Positions 37,997 to 47,611 of a stretch of 54,783 nucleotides of DNA are shown here, one piece after another. Both the position numbers and the translations under genes were made by a program. Under the pieces are notes generated by a model. The model was not told the origin of the DNA and did not search any database. It was given only the letters and a program-made list of their open reading frames with translations. The stretch is from assembly GCA_022865215.1 (NCBI GenBank), contig JALIDP010000002.1, forward strand, positions 1 through 54,783, in the 5' to 3' direction. Each line of letters opens with the position of its first letter. Positions within the stretch are counted from its first letter, which is position 1. This stretch comes from Candidatus Nanohalarchaeota archaeon QJJ-7 (GTDB taxonomy: Archaea > Nanohalarchaeota > Nanosalinia > Nanosalinales > Nanohalalkaliarchaeaceae).

Positions 37997-38355
37997 GAGG
38001 GGTAGACAGTCTTCAGAGGCTTTCTCTGCTTCTCGCCCTTACCGGTTTAACGACAGTATATGTCTCTTCAGCCGTTCTAGGCCCGGAAACAGCTTCTGTA
38101 GGAGAGATAAGTGAGGGAGACCTGGGGAGCACTGTGAGAGTTACAGGGACAGTCAGAGACCTCGGTAACGGCGAGGACGCAGTTTTCTTCCGTCTGGAGG
38201 AGGAAAGCGGAGACATAGCCGCAGTCTACTTCGGGAACGAACCCGGGATAGAAGAAGGGAAGACCTACACGTTCGATGGGCGGGTAGAGATCTACCGTGG
38301 AGAACTGGAGTTAGTGGTCGAAAACGTGGTTTCCACCGGTTCTACCCTGTCTTAA
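37993..38355 (+). CDS. Membrane-anchored OB-fold protein
   Basis: N-terminal TM segment; V.VTG.V...FF.L...G.I...G.VE.Y.GELE. Confidence 0.8.
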   Translation: MRGVDSLQRLSLLLALTGLTTVYVSSAVLGPETASVGEISEGDLGSTVRVTGTVRDLGNGEDAVFFRLEEESGDIAAVYFGNEPGIEEGKTYTFDGRVEIYRGELELVVENVVSTGSTLS

Positions 38356-38606
38356 CCAGGGCAATCCTCCAATATTTCCTCAATCTCCTTCTCAGGCATC
38401 TCTACAATCATTTTCTTCCGTCTAGAGTGATGGCCGGAGACGATCCCTGCCTCTTCCCCAAATATTTCAGAAAGGCGATGGACCAGTTCCTCATTTGCCC
38501 TACCTTTTTCGGCTGGAGACTCCAGATCTACGACCGGGTATGTGCCTGAGGTATCGATGTCGAACCTCTCTTCACCTGGCCGGACCTTGATATAGAATTC
38601 GGTCAT
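38352..38606 (-). CDS. DUF167/YggU family protein
   Basis: IKVRPG, PAEKGRANEEL, IVSGHHSRRK; ATG at 38606. Confidence 0.9.
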   Translation of the reverse strand: MTEFYIKVRPGEERFDIDTSGTYPVVDLESPAEKGRANEELVHRLSEIFGEEAGIVSGHHSRRKKMIVEMPEKEIEEILEDCPG

Positions 38607-38620
38607 GGTATCAAAAAGAG

Positions 38621-38700
38621 GGATTTCGCCCGCCTGTAACACGGACTGCTCATGGGCCTACCTTTTACGGGGCGTTCACGTCCGCTGACCTGGGCGGGCA
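38621..38700 (-). ncRNA. H/ACA-type pseudouridylation guide sRNA (predicted target 23S rRNA U1915, E. coli numbering)
   Basis: Lower stem UGCCCGCC/GGCGGGCG; pocket CAGGUCA/GUUACA; upper stem GCGGAC/GUCCGU; apical UGA...UGAG K-turn-like motif; AAA box 14 nt from the pocket top; TTTAAA promoter at 38722-38727 and U5 terminator at 38613-38617. Confidence 0.8.
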
Positions 38701-38727
38701 GTATACAAAACGGTAGAAAGCTTTAAA

Positions 38728-39312
38728 TCAGGAGTACCCCTTGACAAGAGGATTATACTCCAGGCGTTGGGTCTTTGCTAGCGTGGGTTCGAGACCGAAG
38801 AATTCCCTGACCTCGTTTATATACCTGTTCAGTTCCTCCTCCGCGTATTCCACCCAGTATTCGAACTGCTCATGGAAAAGCATCTCGTACCATACCCAAC
38901 GCAGGAACTGGTGGCTGTACTTGTGCTCATCCCCGGGTAATTCCACTACAAGCTTCGCTATCGGGTTCAACTCCAGGACACCGAACATCCCTTCCTCAGT
39001 CTCTTTAGGAGCATTACGCGTCCACATAGCTATATCGAAAGCCAGTTTCGTCCTCGCCCCTGTATCCCTTATCCCCCCCCTTTCACCAAGATCTCTTACA
39101 GAAACAACTTCTGATCTAAAATCCCCTGAACTTAAATTCTGCTCATAGTAAACTTCATGAGTGTCATCCATGTTCATATCATCGTTCAGCAGCTTCTTCA
39201 TCTTCTTGTAACCTTCAATTATATGATGGGTCTGATACCAGTCCATCGCCTCAGCAACTTCTCTCTCCACAGTGAAGCTCATCCAAAAACCACCTCTTTC
39301 ATCGTCTATCAT
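38728..39312 (-). CDS. Hypothetical protein (third member of paralog triplet)
   Basis: Acidic; C-terminal FLRWVWYEMLF...E..EE helix shared with neighbours. Confidence 0.75.
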   Translation of the reverse strand: MIDDERGGFWMSFTVEREVAEAMDWYQTHHIIEGYKKMKKLLNDDMNMDDTHEVYYEQNLSSGDFRSEVVSVRDLGERGGIRDTGARTKLAFDIAMWTRNAPKETEEGMFGVLELNPIAKLVVELPGDEHKYSHQFLRWVWYEMLFHEQFEYWVEYAEEELNRYINEVREFFGLEPTLAKTQRLEYNPLVKGYS

Positions 39313-39907
39313 CCTCCGGTTCGTACCACTCTCTCTTGCTCTTTCCTATAGCAGGGACACTCCCCTCCACTTCCCTTACCCTGCTCATAAGCTCATTAGC
39401 CAGTTCTTCCGCCTCCTCTTCGTACTTCTTCTGCTCTTTCCCGAAGAGGAATTCATTATACAGCAACTTCCATATCGTCTTGTAGAACCACGAGCGCTTG
39501 AAAGCAGTAGTCTGCTCGAATTTCCCCCACTTAGGATACTTTGTCTTGACAAGATAGGCTGTCAGAGATAGCTTGGCCTTGTAAACATCTTCATCTGTCT
39601 TCCTGTCTGAACGCGGTTCCTTCACCCTCACCCCCATCCTGAAACGTATAGCTGTATAGGGGTCCTTCCACCTGTAGGCGTTGAAGTACGTCTTGAATGG
39701 TAGCGTCTCCCAGTGCTCAGTGTAGAACTCGCTCACGTTATCGAACCCGAGTTCCTCCAGCATGTTAGGTAAGGCGCGGAAAACCTCCATAAGATCGTCA
39801 AGCCCCTCTCCATAGATGAAATCCTCCCTGCGGAGCACTTTATCATTCTCATCGACATGGTACTCAGGTGTGGAACGTCCCTGATCAGTCTGCTGCGCCG
39901 ACCTCAT
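39299..39907 (-). CDS. Hypothetical protein (second member of paralog triplet)
   Basis: LEELGF..V.E, KYP.W, FYKTIWKLLY...KYEEEAEE. Confidence 0.8.
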   Translation of the reverse strand: MRSAQQTDQGRSTPEYHVDENDKVLRREDFIYGEGLDDLMEVFRALPNMLEELGFDNVSEFYTEHWETLPFKTYFNAYRWKDPYTAIRFRMGVRVKEPRSDRKTDEDVYKAKLSLTAYLVKTKYPKWGKFEQTTAFKRSWFYKTIWKLLYNEFLFGKEQKKYEEEAEELANELMSRVREVEGSVPAIGKSKREWYEPEDDRR

Positions 39908-39910
39908 CTC

Positions 39911-40375
39911 TCACGCCTCCACCGATTTGAATGCGCCTCTGAGGGCAGAATGGACGTTGACCAGAGTTTCATGGGCGTCCTCCTCATACCTGCCCCTAGC
40001 CCAACCGTAAACTAGCTTGTCCCATATACTCCTCAGGGCGAAGTAGAGCGGGTGACGTTGCCAAGAACTATCCTCAGGATAACGCGTTACTACTTCTCCC
40101 TTGCTATCTATAGTTACTGTGCCCCCTCCAGAATCGTCCGCGTCTATAGTGAGAACGATAGTTATCTCTATTTCCGTGTTATCGTCCTGCTCGGTGTAGC
40201 AGTTAACCTTGGAGACAATTATCCCCTTGTCTTTGTGGTGTCTGAACTTTTCCTCCTCTACACGATGGAAAAAGAATCGGTTCTCCAGTATATCCTTGAC
40301 TTCGCGGTAAGCATCCTCCCAGTCGTCTACTTCCACCGTGGCTGTCTTGTGGCCTACCTCCTCTTCCACATACAT
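39911..40375 (-). CDS. Hypothetical protein (first member of paralog triplet)
   Basis: LENRFF..VEE, RYP..SWQ, LRSIWDKLVY...RYEEDAHE. Confidence 0.8.
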   Translation of the reverse strand: MYVEEEVGHKTATVEVDDWEDAYREVKDILENRFFFHRVEEEKFRHHKDKGIIVSKVNCYTEQDDNTEIEITIVLTIDADDSGGGTVTIDSKGEVVTRYPEDSSWQRHPLYFALRSIWDKLVYGWARGRYEEDAHETLVNVHSALRGAFKSVEA

Positions 40376-40412
40376 AGGAGAGAATGAGCGCCCGGAATTA
40401 AAATATCTGTCC

Positions 40413-40970
40413 CTAAATAAGGTTCTTTTCTCTACATTCGGGGCAGAGCATCTCCCCCTCTACCATCTCAAGATCTTCTGAATAATTTTCACAGGAATCA
40501 CAGACCCCTTCAGAAGATTTTTCCTCTCCCAGATCGGATTCCGGTCCGCCACCGAAAGCGTGGGATTCCTCCTGTAAAAGATCTATGTAGGAGGGCCAGG
40601 TACGGAGAAGGTTGGACTGGGTCACCATACCTACCAGGCTATCCCCGCGTAGTATAGGGACCCGGGATATATCCTTTCGTATCATGGCCTGAGCTATATC
40701 TTCAATACTGTCGCTCTCTGACGCTGTCACCATGTTAGAGGTCATAACATCCCCCACATCTACTTCCTGCGGGTCTAGTCCTTCAGCAGCAACCTGATAA
40801 AGAACATCTCTACCTACTATTATGCCAACAGCATCGCCTTCCTCCACAACTACCAGGCTACGGATCTTCTCCTGCCTCATCTTCTCGGCCGCCTCCTGAA
40901 CAGTGACATCGCTCTCTACGGCCACAACGCCATCCGTCATCACATCAGCGGCAGTGGGTTCTTTGGGCAT
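40413..40970 (-). CDS. CBS-pair protein with C-terminal Zn ribbon
   Basis: Two CBS repeats and CDSC...CPEC; start ATG at 40970 (alternative 40994). Confidence 0.88.
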   Translation of the reverse strand: MPKEPTAADVMTDGVVAVESDVTVQEAAEKMRQEKIRSLVVVEEGDAVGIIVGRDVLYQVAAEGLDPQEVDVGDVMTSNMVTASESDSIEDIAQAMIRKDISRVPILRGDSLVGMVTQSNLLRTWPSYIDLLQEESHAFGGGPESDLGEEKSSEGVCDSCENYSEDLEMVEGEMLCPECREKNLI

Positions 40971-41071
40971 AAAAGGGAGTGATGATCGAGACATTAAAAG
41001 GGTTTCGAATCCCCCTCTGAAAAGCTCTGAAAACCAAAAATTTCTTTCTTTCACTGGAGAAATACACTTAC

Positions 41072-41155
41072 ACACCCCTTCATTTCACGTGGAGAAAAAC
41101 ACCCCCTGATTTCGTCTGGAGGCCTCTAAGATACACCCCTTCATTTCAAGTAACG
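41072..41155 (-). repeat. Cluster of three tandem ORB-like boxes
   Basis: Minus strand: CTCCACGTGAAATGAAGGGGTGT (41072-41094), CTCCAGACGAAATCAGGGGGTGT (41099-41121), CGTTACTTGAAATGAAGGGGTGT (41133-41155). Confidence 0.8.
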
Positions 41156-41248
41156 AACCGACTTATTAGTAGTAAAAGATGAACTTCTTGAAGTAGTTTT
41201 TTCACCAAATAGAGGGCATGAACCAGGTCACAAGGAAGTGAACTATGA

Positions 41249-44200
41249 CTACTCGGACACGAATCGGCCTAGGGAACTCTGTCTATCGTCTTTACCGAAG
41301 AGGCTCTCGATGTTCCTCTTCAAGATCATTATCTGTTGCCGAAGGTAAGGGGAAATAGCGAAACTGTCTGCTATCTCCTCGCTATGCACCAGGTACTTCC
41401 GGATCGTGCCTTCCGATATCGTGAGGAGTAGCTTCCCCCCACAGTTCTTGCACCGGCCCTTCAAAGGCGCTCTACGGTATTTATCGTTGCAGTCTACGCA
41501 CCTGAACTGCTGTTCAGAGAACGATCGGAGGTTCCCCTTGATGTCCGGAAGAAAGTGCTTGTCGAGCAGTAGCTCTGCCACGTTATCCTCATCGACCGCC
41601 ACGATCCTCTCACCTAGAGAAAGTTGCTCTCTGACCTTCTCAGCCATCTTGCCCAGGGATACATAGCTGGACTCCACAGGGGCGTCTTCCAGATTCTCAG
41701 TGCCGTGAGTGAAAGAGAAGCCTTCTTCCTCCTCGAGAAGGTCCTCAGCGATCGGGACGTCCACTTCTCCAGGCCCCTCCATCCTCTGAGTGGCCTCATA
41801 GAAATCCTTGGAGTACCTCTCTGCCACGTCCACGTTCCAGGACTCATCATCGACCTCGTCCGGGTGAAGTACTGTAGAAAGGATCAGAGGTGCGTCCATG
41901 GTGTTGTGGGCAAATATAGGGTGGGGGCCGCAGAGGAAGTTCTGTGCCCCAGGAACTTCGAAATCGTACACATACTCGTCTCCGTATTCTATCTCCTCGA
42001 CCTCCTTTACCCGTTCAACGGCTATATCTCCTTCAACAGGCCGGCTTAGCGACTCCACCCCCTCCTCGTAAAGGTCTTCAACTTTCATCTTCGAAGCGGT
42101 CTTCATCCGGTCGTTCCTCCTGTAATTCGACAGCCTTCGCTTGATATCTGCACGCCCGTGGCCGCTGTCCCTGAGCCGCTCCCTGACCTCGCCCAGAACC
42201 CCCCAGAGAGGCCAGTAAGGATCCTTATCCCCCCACTCAGAATAGAGGACTTCCCACGTATCTCCTGCCTGGTGAGCGGACGTCTTGAACCCTATTTTCC
42301 GTAGGAGGAGCGCCAGCTGAGACGCCATTTCACCGCTGGCGGTGTAAAGCTTCGAGAACCCTTTCTCGTCATATACGGTTCCATCTCCTGCTCGATACGC
42401 TTCTATAAATGCCTCTACGTACGTTTTGTCGGCTCCGAAGAGGAACGAGGGAATACCTTTCTGTGTAGCGCTTTCTATTTCCAGTCCGAGCTCTTCCAAG
42501 GCCTTCATAAAAGTCCGCGGCACGCGTGTTGAGAAACACTGATTTCTCCCTTCACGGTTATCGGTTAATACCTGAGGGGATGCCTCTGTAAGGCTTTCGA
42601 TACATTCAACCGCGTCGTCGATTAGTTCCCGGTCTGTGTTGTGTATTTCTCCGGTGGAAAGTTCTCCCTCAGACATGAGGTACCCTAGCAGCCTGTAGAT
42701 CTCTTCCTTCTCCTCCACATATCTTTTTACAGGAGGAGAATCGTGCTTCACCCGCACCTTGCAGGATGGTGTCACGCCCACCTCCCTGTAAAATGTAAGC
42801 GGGGCAGCACGACGGCCTGTAAGATACCTGTATATATTTTTCTCACCCCAATCAGCAGTTATCTCGGAAGTGAGACGTTCCTCTATTTCAGGAGCCAGAT
42901 CCGAATGTTCGGAATCAGGAACCTCAACGTAGCACTCGTCATCAGGTAACAGTTCGAACAGATCAATTTTTGAGGGAAGGCCGTCGGCCTCCACCTCCGG
43001 GTTCGACGGAACGACAACTGCATCGCCAACCTCCAATTCCCTCGCCGGTTTCGCCTCGACACCCCCGCCATCTGTAACGAAGACGCTGTGATCCTCTGTT
43101 ACAGAAATCTCGCCACGGGACGTTTTCACCTCGTACACCCTCTTATCGTTTTCATGGCGAATAAGTGCGGAAACGGGTTGGAAGGTAACGGCTCCGTCAT
43201 CATCGAACGAGATGGCTTCGATATTCTCGGTGAAGTCCCGGCATACCTCGAAACCGTCATCCCTTACCTCGTACCCCTTCCTTTCCATAATCCTGTTCAC
43301 AAGGTCGGAGAACTTCGGTGCCTTTATTTCACCGTCCTGCCTCACAAACACTCGCGTGTCCTTCGTGACGCTGCGAGTCCCCCGCTGGTCCGGTAAGAAC
43401 TGACGGGAGAAATTCAGTAACGCGTCCATAAGAAGTATTATAGAGTCCTCATCTCCATCTGCGTTGCGCCGTTTAGCAGCGTGCCAGAAGGGGTGGGCGT
43501 ACACTCCTTTTGCTTCTGAAAAACCTATTATCCTTCCAACCATACCTCCTGAAGTATGGGGTGCGAGTCCTACGACAAGTTCTCCTACAAGGCCTTCTTT
43601 CTCCTCCGCCTCATAGTACCGTGGAAGACCATAGAACTCTTCCAGTAGGTCGTCAACAAAATTAGCAGTCCTTAACATGTACTCAGAGGCCGGCATCTCC
43701 GCATCGTTATCCGGTATGACTATATCCTGGTACTTCAGTTCCAGCAACTGGTCCTCGTCCTCCAGTTCTTCCCCATCTATATCCGTCTCATACCCCAGTT
43801 CCTTCAGTTTATCTACTGAAACACTCACCTCTCTCGGCCGGAAATGTGTCAGGGGGACATCCGTGGCATCGTACCTTACAGTACCGTCCTTGTTCACGTA
43901 CAGGTCATGCTTCTTCCTTAGAAGGCCTTTCTCGAGAGGTTCCACGTGCTTATTTTTCCCGGTAACACTCCTAGGGGATTTCAGGAGCTCGGGGAGTTTC
44001 ATGTCGACGTTTTCGAGCGCGATATCCATCAGGCCTTCCACATCTATATCCCTCTCCCAGGATCTCTCCGTCTCCATCCCACAGTGGGCCTCCTCCATGG
44101 TCTCCGTACCGCATTTCTGGCATTTCCTCAGTGGCCGGGTCTCTCCACCGCAGTAGGGACAGTAAGAGAACGGCACGACCTCGTTACACTCCGTGCAGTG

Positions 44201-46177
44201 GTTGGCCAGAACCTCGGACTCTACCGAACCCTTCTCGTAGGTAGATGACAGGTTCCTCATACGACCCCCTTCCTTTCTCCCGCAGGGGAAGAGAAGTTGA
44301 GGTTTCCCTTTCAACGTGCGTCTCTCGGCTTTCTCCGGCCTCCCCATCCTGTTACCAAGGAAAATGGGGGCCTGATCCCTCACCTCTACCCCGGACACTT
44401 CTCCCACCCCTTCCCTTATACCCGGCTCAAAGTCCTCGATACTGGAATCTCCTGGCTCAAGAAGTTCATCGAGCAGAACCCTTCGGTCTTCAGGTATCTC
44501 TAGACCTTCCTCTGTAACCTCGTGTACAACATAAAGACTCTCTAGCGCTTCCTTGACCCCTTTTTCGTCCGGTAGCACGTTGCCATCCGTCTCCTCCAGC
44601 GCACTGTAAAGTGGACTGAACTCCTTCATCTCCAGGTTCCCCCAGAAGAGAGAGTGTTCCGGATGCAGTGGGATATCCAGTTCCTCCGATATCAGGAGGG
44701 CGGTCCGAACGTTCGGAGCCACGTCTTCGTCCGTGTACTCCCGGAAATCCTCTCTTTCTTCCTCCTTCAGCCTCTCCTCCAGGTCCTGCACCCACCACTC
44801 GCGTACGTAAGGCGAAGGGAGCAGGTCCTTCCCGTTCTCCAGGAACTCACCGTAAGGGACGAGGACATCGCCCATGAATAGGATCTCATCGATATCGCCA
44901 CTCAGTTCCGCAGCCTCCTGTCTCGTCTCAGGCCTTACGACATCCCCGTCCAGTTTCCTCACTACAGGAGGCTCTATAGAATCGCAGGGCATCGCTACTG
45001 TCGCCTTTCCAGGGTATTCGGTCTTCAGCTGGGTTCCTATGGCTATGAATCCCTCAGTTATCTCCATCGTTGCAGGGTGTACCGAAACCGCTGCCAGACC
45101 TGCGTTCCTGCTCCTGCCGTACCTCAACCTGAAACCTCCTTCCCTCCCTGGATGGGAGAACACCGGTCTCCCTGCGGTCAGTGAACCGAGATATTTGTCA
45201 GAGGGCTCGTAACCGGTTTCCCCCTCATCTTCATCCTGCTCTTCAGACGCGTGTATCTCGTGCTGGAGATCAAGGTAATCCTCTATCCATCCCCAGTGCT
45301 CCAGCCCGAACTCCTCACCGAAGCTGTCTATCCTCCTCTGGAGCTTCGAAGCTTTCAGAGGAAGACCGTCCAGGTAAACCAGGCACATCCCACCACGGAT
45401 CCTGTTCGTGTGTACCCGCTCCAGGTCCTTGTAGTTTGATACCTCCTTCTGTTCTGTTGGAGTTCCGGTGATCTCTACCGGGACGTTCTCAGATATCATC
45501 CGGGTCTCGTCCCTCTCCGGCGTGTACTGCTTCTTGGTGACCCGCTTGAAATAGTCCTCGACCTCGGTAGCGTACCTCTCGACCTCCTCCTCTCTCGGAT
45601 CGTAACTCGATAGCCCTACTTCCTTCCGTATGTAATCGGCCAGCAGAACAGACATGGCGGAAGCTGTACCACCTGCCGACCGTATAGGCCCGGAATAGTG
45701 CACCGCAAGGTATTCTGAACCGTCATCGTTGTTCCTTATCTCGACCTCGGCGACTCCCTCGAGAGGCGCAGTGACGATACCGCCGGTCATGTAGGCGAGC
45801 CCTATCCTAAGGCCTGCATCGACCGCATCCTCCAGGTCCTCGAACTCATGGAACTTCTTCTCCGCTATCTCCTTTCCAATCTCCAGGGCCACTCTCTCAT
45901 CGTTCTTTCCATAATCTTCTTCCAGTTCCCTTATACGTTCTTCAAGTCCCGTATCCTCCAGTTCAGGGAACTGGTCCGCAGTGACCAGTCCCACAGACTT
46001 GGCGGCCAGGTCCTCCGCGACCGGGATATCGACGTGGCTCTCCGGGTCCTTCTCCTGTCCTCTCGCCTTCTCAGCAAAACTGTAAGCTTCCTCGGTCTCC
46101 TCTTCCAGTCTTTCAGTATAATTCCTGAAATCTCCGATTTCACTCGAACCGGAATCCTCCAGACTTCCGGAGCTCAA
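41249..46177 (-). CDS. polC: DNA polymerase D large subunit DP2, intein-containing
   Basis: GPIRSAGGTA, GGFRLRYGRSR, RMGRPEKA, NKDGTVRYD, catalytic DGDED, C-terminal Zn fingers and PIP-like QSSLGRF. Confidence 0.97.
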   Translation of the reverse strand: MSSGSLEDSGSSEIGDFRNYTERLEEETEEAYSFAEKARGQEKDPESHVDIPVAEDLAAKSVGLVTADQFPELEDTGLEERIRELEEDYGKNDERVALEIGKEIAEKKFHEFEDLEDAVDAGLRIGLAYMTGGIVTAPLEGVAEVEIRNNDDGSEYLAVHYSGPIRSAGGTASAMSVLLADYIRKEVGLSSYDPREEEVERYATEVEDYFKRVTKKQYTPERDETRMISENVPVEITGTPTEQKEVSNYKDLERVHTNRIRGGMCLVYLDGLPLKASKLQRRIDSFGEEFGLEHWGWIEDYLDLQHEIHASEEQDEDEGETGYEPSDKYLGSLTAGRPVFSHPGREGGFRLRYGRSRNAGLAAVSVHPATMEITEGFIAIGTQLKTEYPGKATVAMPCDSIEPPVVRKLDGDVVRPETRQEAAELSGDIDEILFMGDVLVPYGEFLENGKDLLPSPYVREWWVQDLEERLKEEEREDFREYTDEDVAPNVRTALLISEELDIPLHPEHSLFWGNLEMKEFSPLYSALEETDGNVLPDEKGVKEALESLYVVHEVTEEGLEIPEDRRVLLDELLEPGDSSIEDFEPGIREGVGEVSGVEVRDQAPIFLGNRMGRPEKAERRTLKGKPQLLFPCGRKEGGRMRNLSSTYEKGSVESEVLANHCTECNEVVPFSYCPYCGGETRPLRKCQKCGTETMEEAHCGMETERSWERDIDVEGLMDIALENVDMKLPELLKSPRSVTGKNKHVEPLEKGLLRKKHDLYVNKDGTVRYDATDVPLTHFRPREVSVSVDKLKELGYETDIDGEELEDEDQLLELKYQDIVIPDNDAEMPASEYMLRTANFVDDLLEEFYGLPRYYEAEEKEGLVGELVVGLAPHTSGGMVGRIIGFSEAKGVYAHPFWHAAKRRNADGDEDSIILLMDALLNFSRQFLPDQRGTRSVTKDTRVFVRQDGEIKAPKFSDLVNRIMERKGYEVRDDGFEVCRDFTENIEAISFDDDGAVTFQPVSALIRHENDKRVYEVKTSRGEISVTEDHSVFVTDGGGVEAKPARELEVGDAVVVPSNPEVEADGLPSKIDLFELLPDDECYVEVPDSEHSDLAPEIEERLTSEITADWGEKNIYRYLTGRRAAPLTFYREVGVTPSCKVRVKHDSPPVKRYVEEKEEIYRLLGYLMSEGELSTGEIHNTDRELIDDAVECIESLTEASPQVLTDNREGRNQCFSTRVPRTFMKALEELGLEIESATQKGIPSFLFGADKTYVEAFIEAYRAGDGTVYDEKGFSKLYTASGEMASQLALLLRKIGFKTSAHQAGDTWEVLYSEWGDKDPYWPLWGVLGEVRERLRDSGHGRADIKRRLSNYRRNDRMKTASKMKVEDLYEEGVESLSRPVEGDIAVERVKEVEEIEYGDEYVYDFEVPGAQNFLCGPHPIFAHNTMDAPLILSTVLHPDEVDDESWNVDVAERYSKDFYEATQRMEGPGEVDVPIAEDLLEEEEGFSFTHGTENLEDAPVESSYVSLGKMAEKVREQLSLGERIVAVDEDNVAELLLDKHFLPDIKGNLRSFSEQQFRCVDCNDKYRRAPLKGRCKNCGGKLLLTISEGTIRKYLVHSEEIADSFAISPYLRQQIMILKRNIESLFGKDDRQSSLGRFVSE
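41903..43372 (-). mobile_element. 490-aa intein with LAGLIDADG homing endonuclease in DP2
   Basis: Begins SVTKDTRV; block B TEDHSVF; LAGLIDADG-like LLGYLMSEG and FIEAYRAGDG; block F YVYDFEV; ends FAHN followed by Thr+1 (TMDAP). Confidence 0.93.
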
Positions 46178-47559
46178 AACTCTTTCACCTCCGTCTCACG
46201 GGTCTTCAGGTTCACGACCGCGACCTTGCCGGGATCAGGCTGGTGACCCATCCTTTTCTGGAAGTCTGTCTGGGACTGGAACGTACCTGCACATATCACG
46301 TTTATGCCCTTGTAGGTGGTGGCCGCGAATGAGTGTGTGTGGCCAGAAACCAGTATTTCAGGGACCTCTTCTATCACTAGAGGATCTTCGTCATCCGGCA
46401 CCACAAGGTTGCTTCCATATATCGGTGCGAGATGCCTGCGTTTAAGCCAGTCTATCATCGCATGTTCCGGGTTCTCATACGCGCGGTCCCGGAGGTGAGG
46501 TAATGAATCTACATGTTCATCGAATGAATAACCGTGATACATCAGGACTTTCACGCCGCCGTTATCGTGTCCGTGAACCTTCACGTAAGCCGGGTTCGGG
46601 ACCATATGAACGTTATCGTTCATGTGAACGTCGGGTAAGGACTCTTCAGGTAGCGGTGGCTGGGGTTCTGCCAGCCTGACGAAGTCGTGGTTCCCCGGAC
46701 CGATGATTACCTGTACATCGTCCCTTACCTCCTCGACGAACTCCTGGAACCGCTCGTACTGCTTGTAGATGTTAGTGACCTCGAGTTCCTCCTTTTGACT
46801 GGGATAGACGCCGACACCCTCTACCGCATCTCCCGCCACGAAGAGGTACTTGATCTTCTGGGCGTAAGAGTTACCTGAGTTCAGCCAGTCCAGCAGCTTG
46901 TCCAGCTTTTCTTCCATCGTGTCCTTGCTACCGAAGTGTATGTCGGATATGAAGGCCGCGTACACTTCCTCCGACGTGCTCTGTATGTCATCAGGCAGAG
47001 GTACGTCAGGCCATACTATGCGGTCGGCGAATATTATATCGTCTCCTAGCGATCCTTTCACACCTATAACTTCGTCCTGGACTATATTCGCTCCATCCTC
47101 TTCCTCGGCCAGTACTTTCGTCTCCCCGCTGGGGTCCTCCATGTAGACTATGAACTTTCCCTTGGAAGTCTTGTACTTGTCCTTCACTATCCCTACCGCA
47201 GCCACCTCCTCTCGCTCCTCCATGTCTTCCAGTCGGGAGATGGATACAGCGCTCTGGATCTCTCTCCGCCTAAGAAGCAGCGATTTTATCTTCTCATACC
47301 TGTCGTTGTAGAAATCCACGAAGTCCTGGACGTCCCTCTTCTCCTTCTCCATCTCGATCTCAGTTATCACATCGACAGAACTTTCAAGGGAAACGTCCCC
47401 TGACTCGAGGTTGTCGATCAGTCTCTCGTTCACGACCATCGGAGATGGGGAAAGGTTCTTTATCTTCTCAATATGGTTCTCCTCCAGCCTATCAACCGCC
47501 TCCGGCTCCACGATACAACCACGAGAAGTGAGCTCCTTCACCGCTTCCTGTCTATCCAT
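46174..47559 (-). CDS. DNA polymerase D small subunit DP1
   Basis: OB fold, SDIHFGS, GDAVEGVGVYP, GNHD, YHG, RRHLAP, GHTH, FQSQT. Confidence 0.96.
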   Translation of the reverse strand: MDRQEAVKELTSRGCIVEPEAVDRLEENHIEKIKNLSPSPMVVNERLIDNLESGDVSLESSVDVITEIEMEKEKRDVQDFVDFYNDRYEKIKSLLLRRREIQSAVSISRLEDMEEREEVAAVGIVKDKYKTSKGKFIVYMEDPSGETKVLAEEEDGANIVQDEVIGVKGSLGDDIIFADRIVWPDVPLPDDIQSTSEEVYAAFISDIHFGSKDTMEEKLDKLLDWLNSGNSYAQKIKYLFVAGDAVEGVGVYPSQKEELEVTNIYKQYERFQEFVEEVRDDVQVIIGPGNHDFVRLAEPQPPLPEESLPDVHMNDNVHMVPNPAYVKVHGHDNGGVKVLMYHGYSFDEHVDSLPHLRDRAYENPEHAMIDWLKRRHLAPIYGSNLVVPDDEDPLVIEEVPEILVSGHTHSFAATTYKGINVICAGTFQSQTDFQKRMGHQPDPGKVAVVNLKTRETEVKEF

Positions 47560-47611
47560 CACTCAGTGCGCCTCCTTCCATGCGGTGGTAGGCTTTTGGA
47601 ATCATTAAAAG

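Noticed and set aside
38621..38700. SRP RNA or riboswitch leader of the DUF167 gene
   Set aside because: No SRP helix-8 motif with a GGAA loop; the H/ACA model explains all elements
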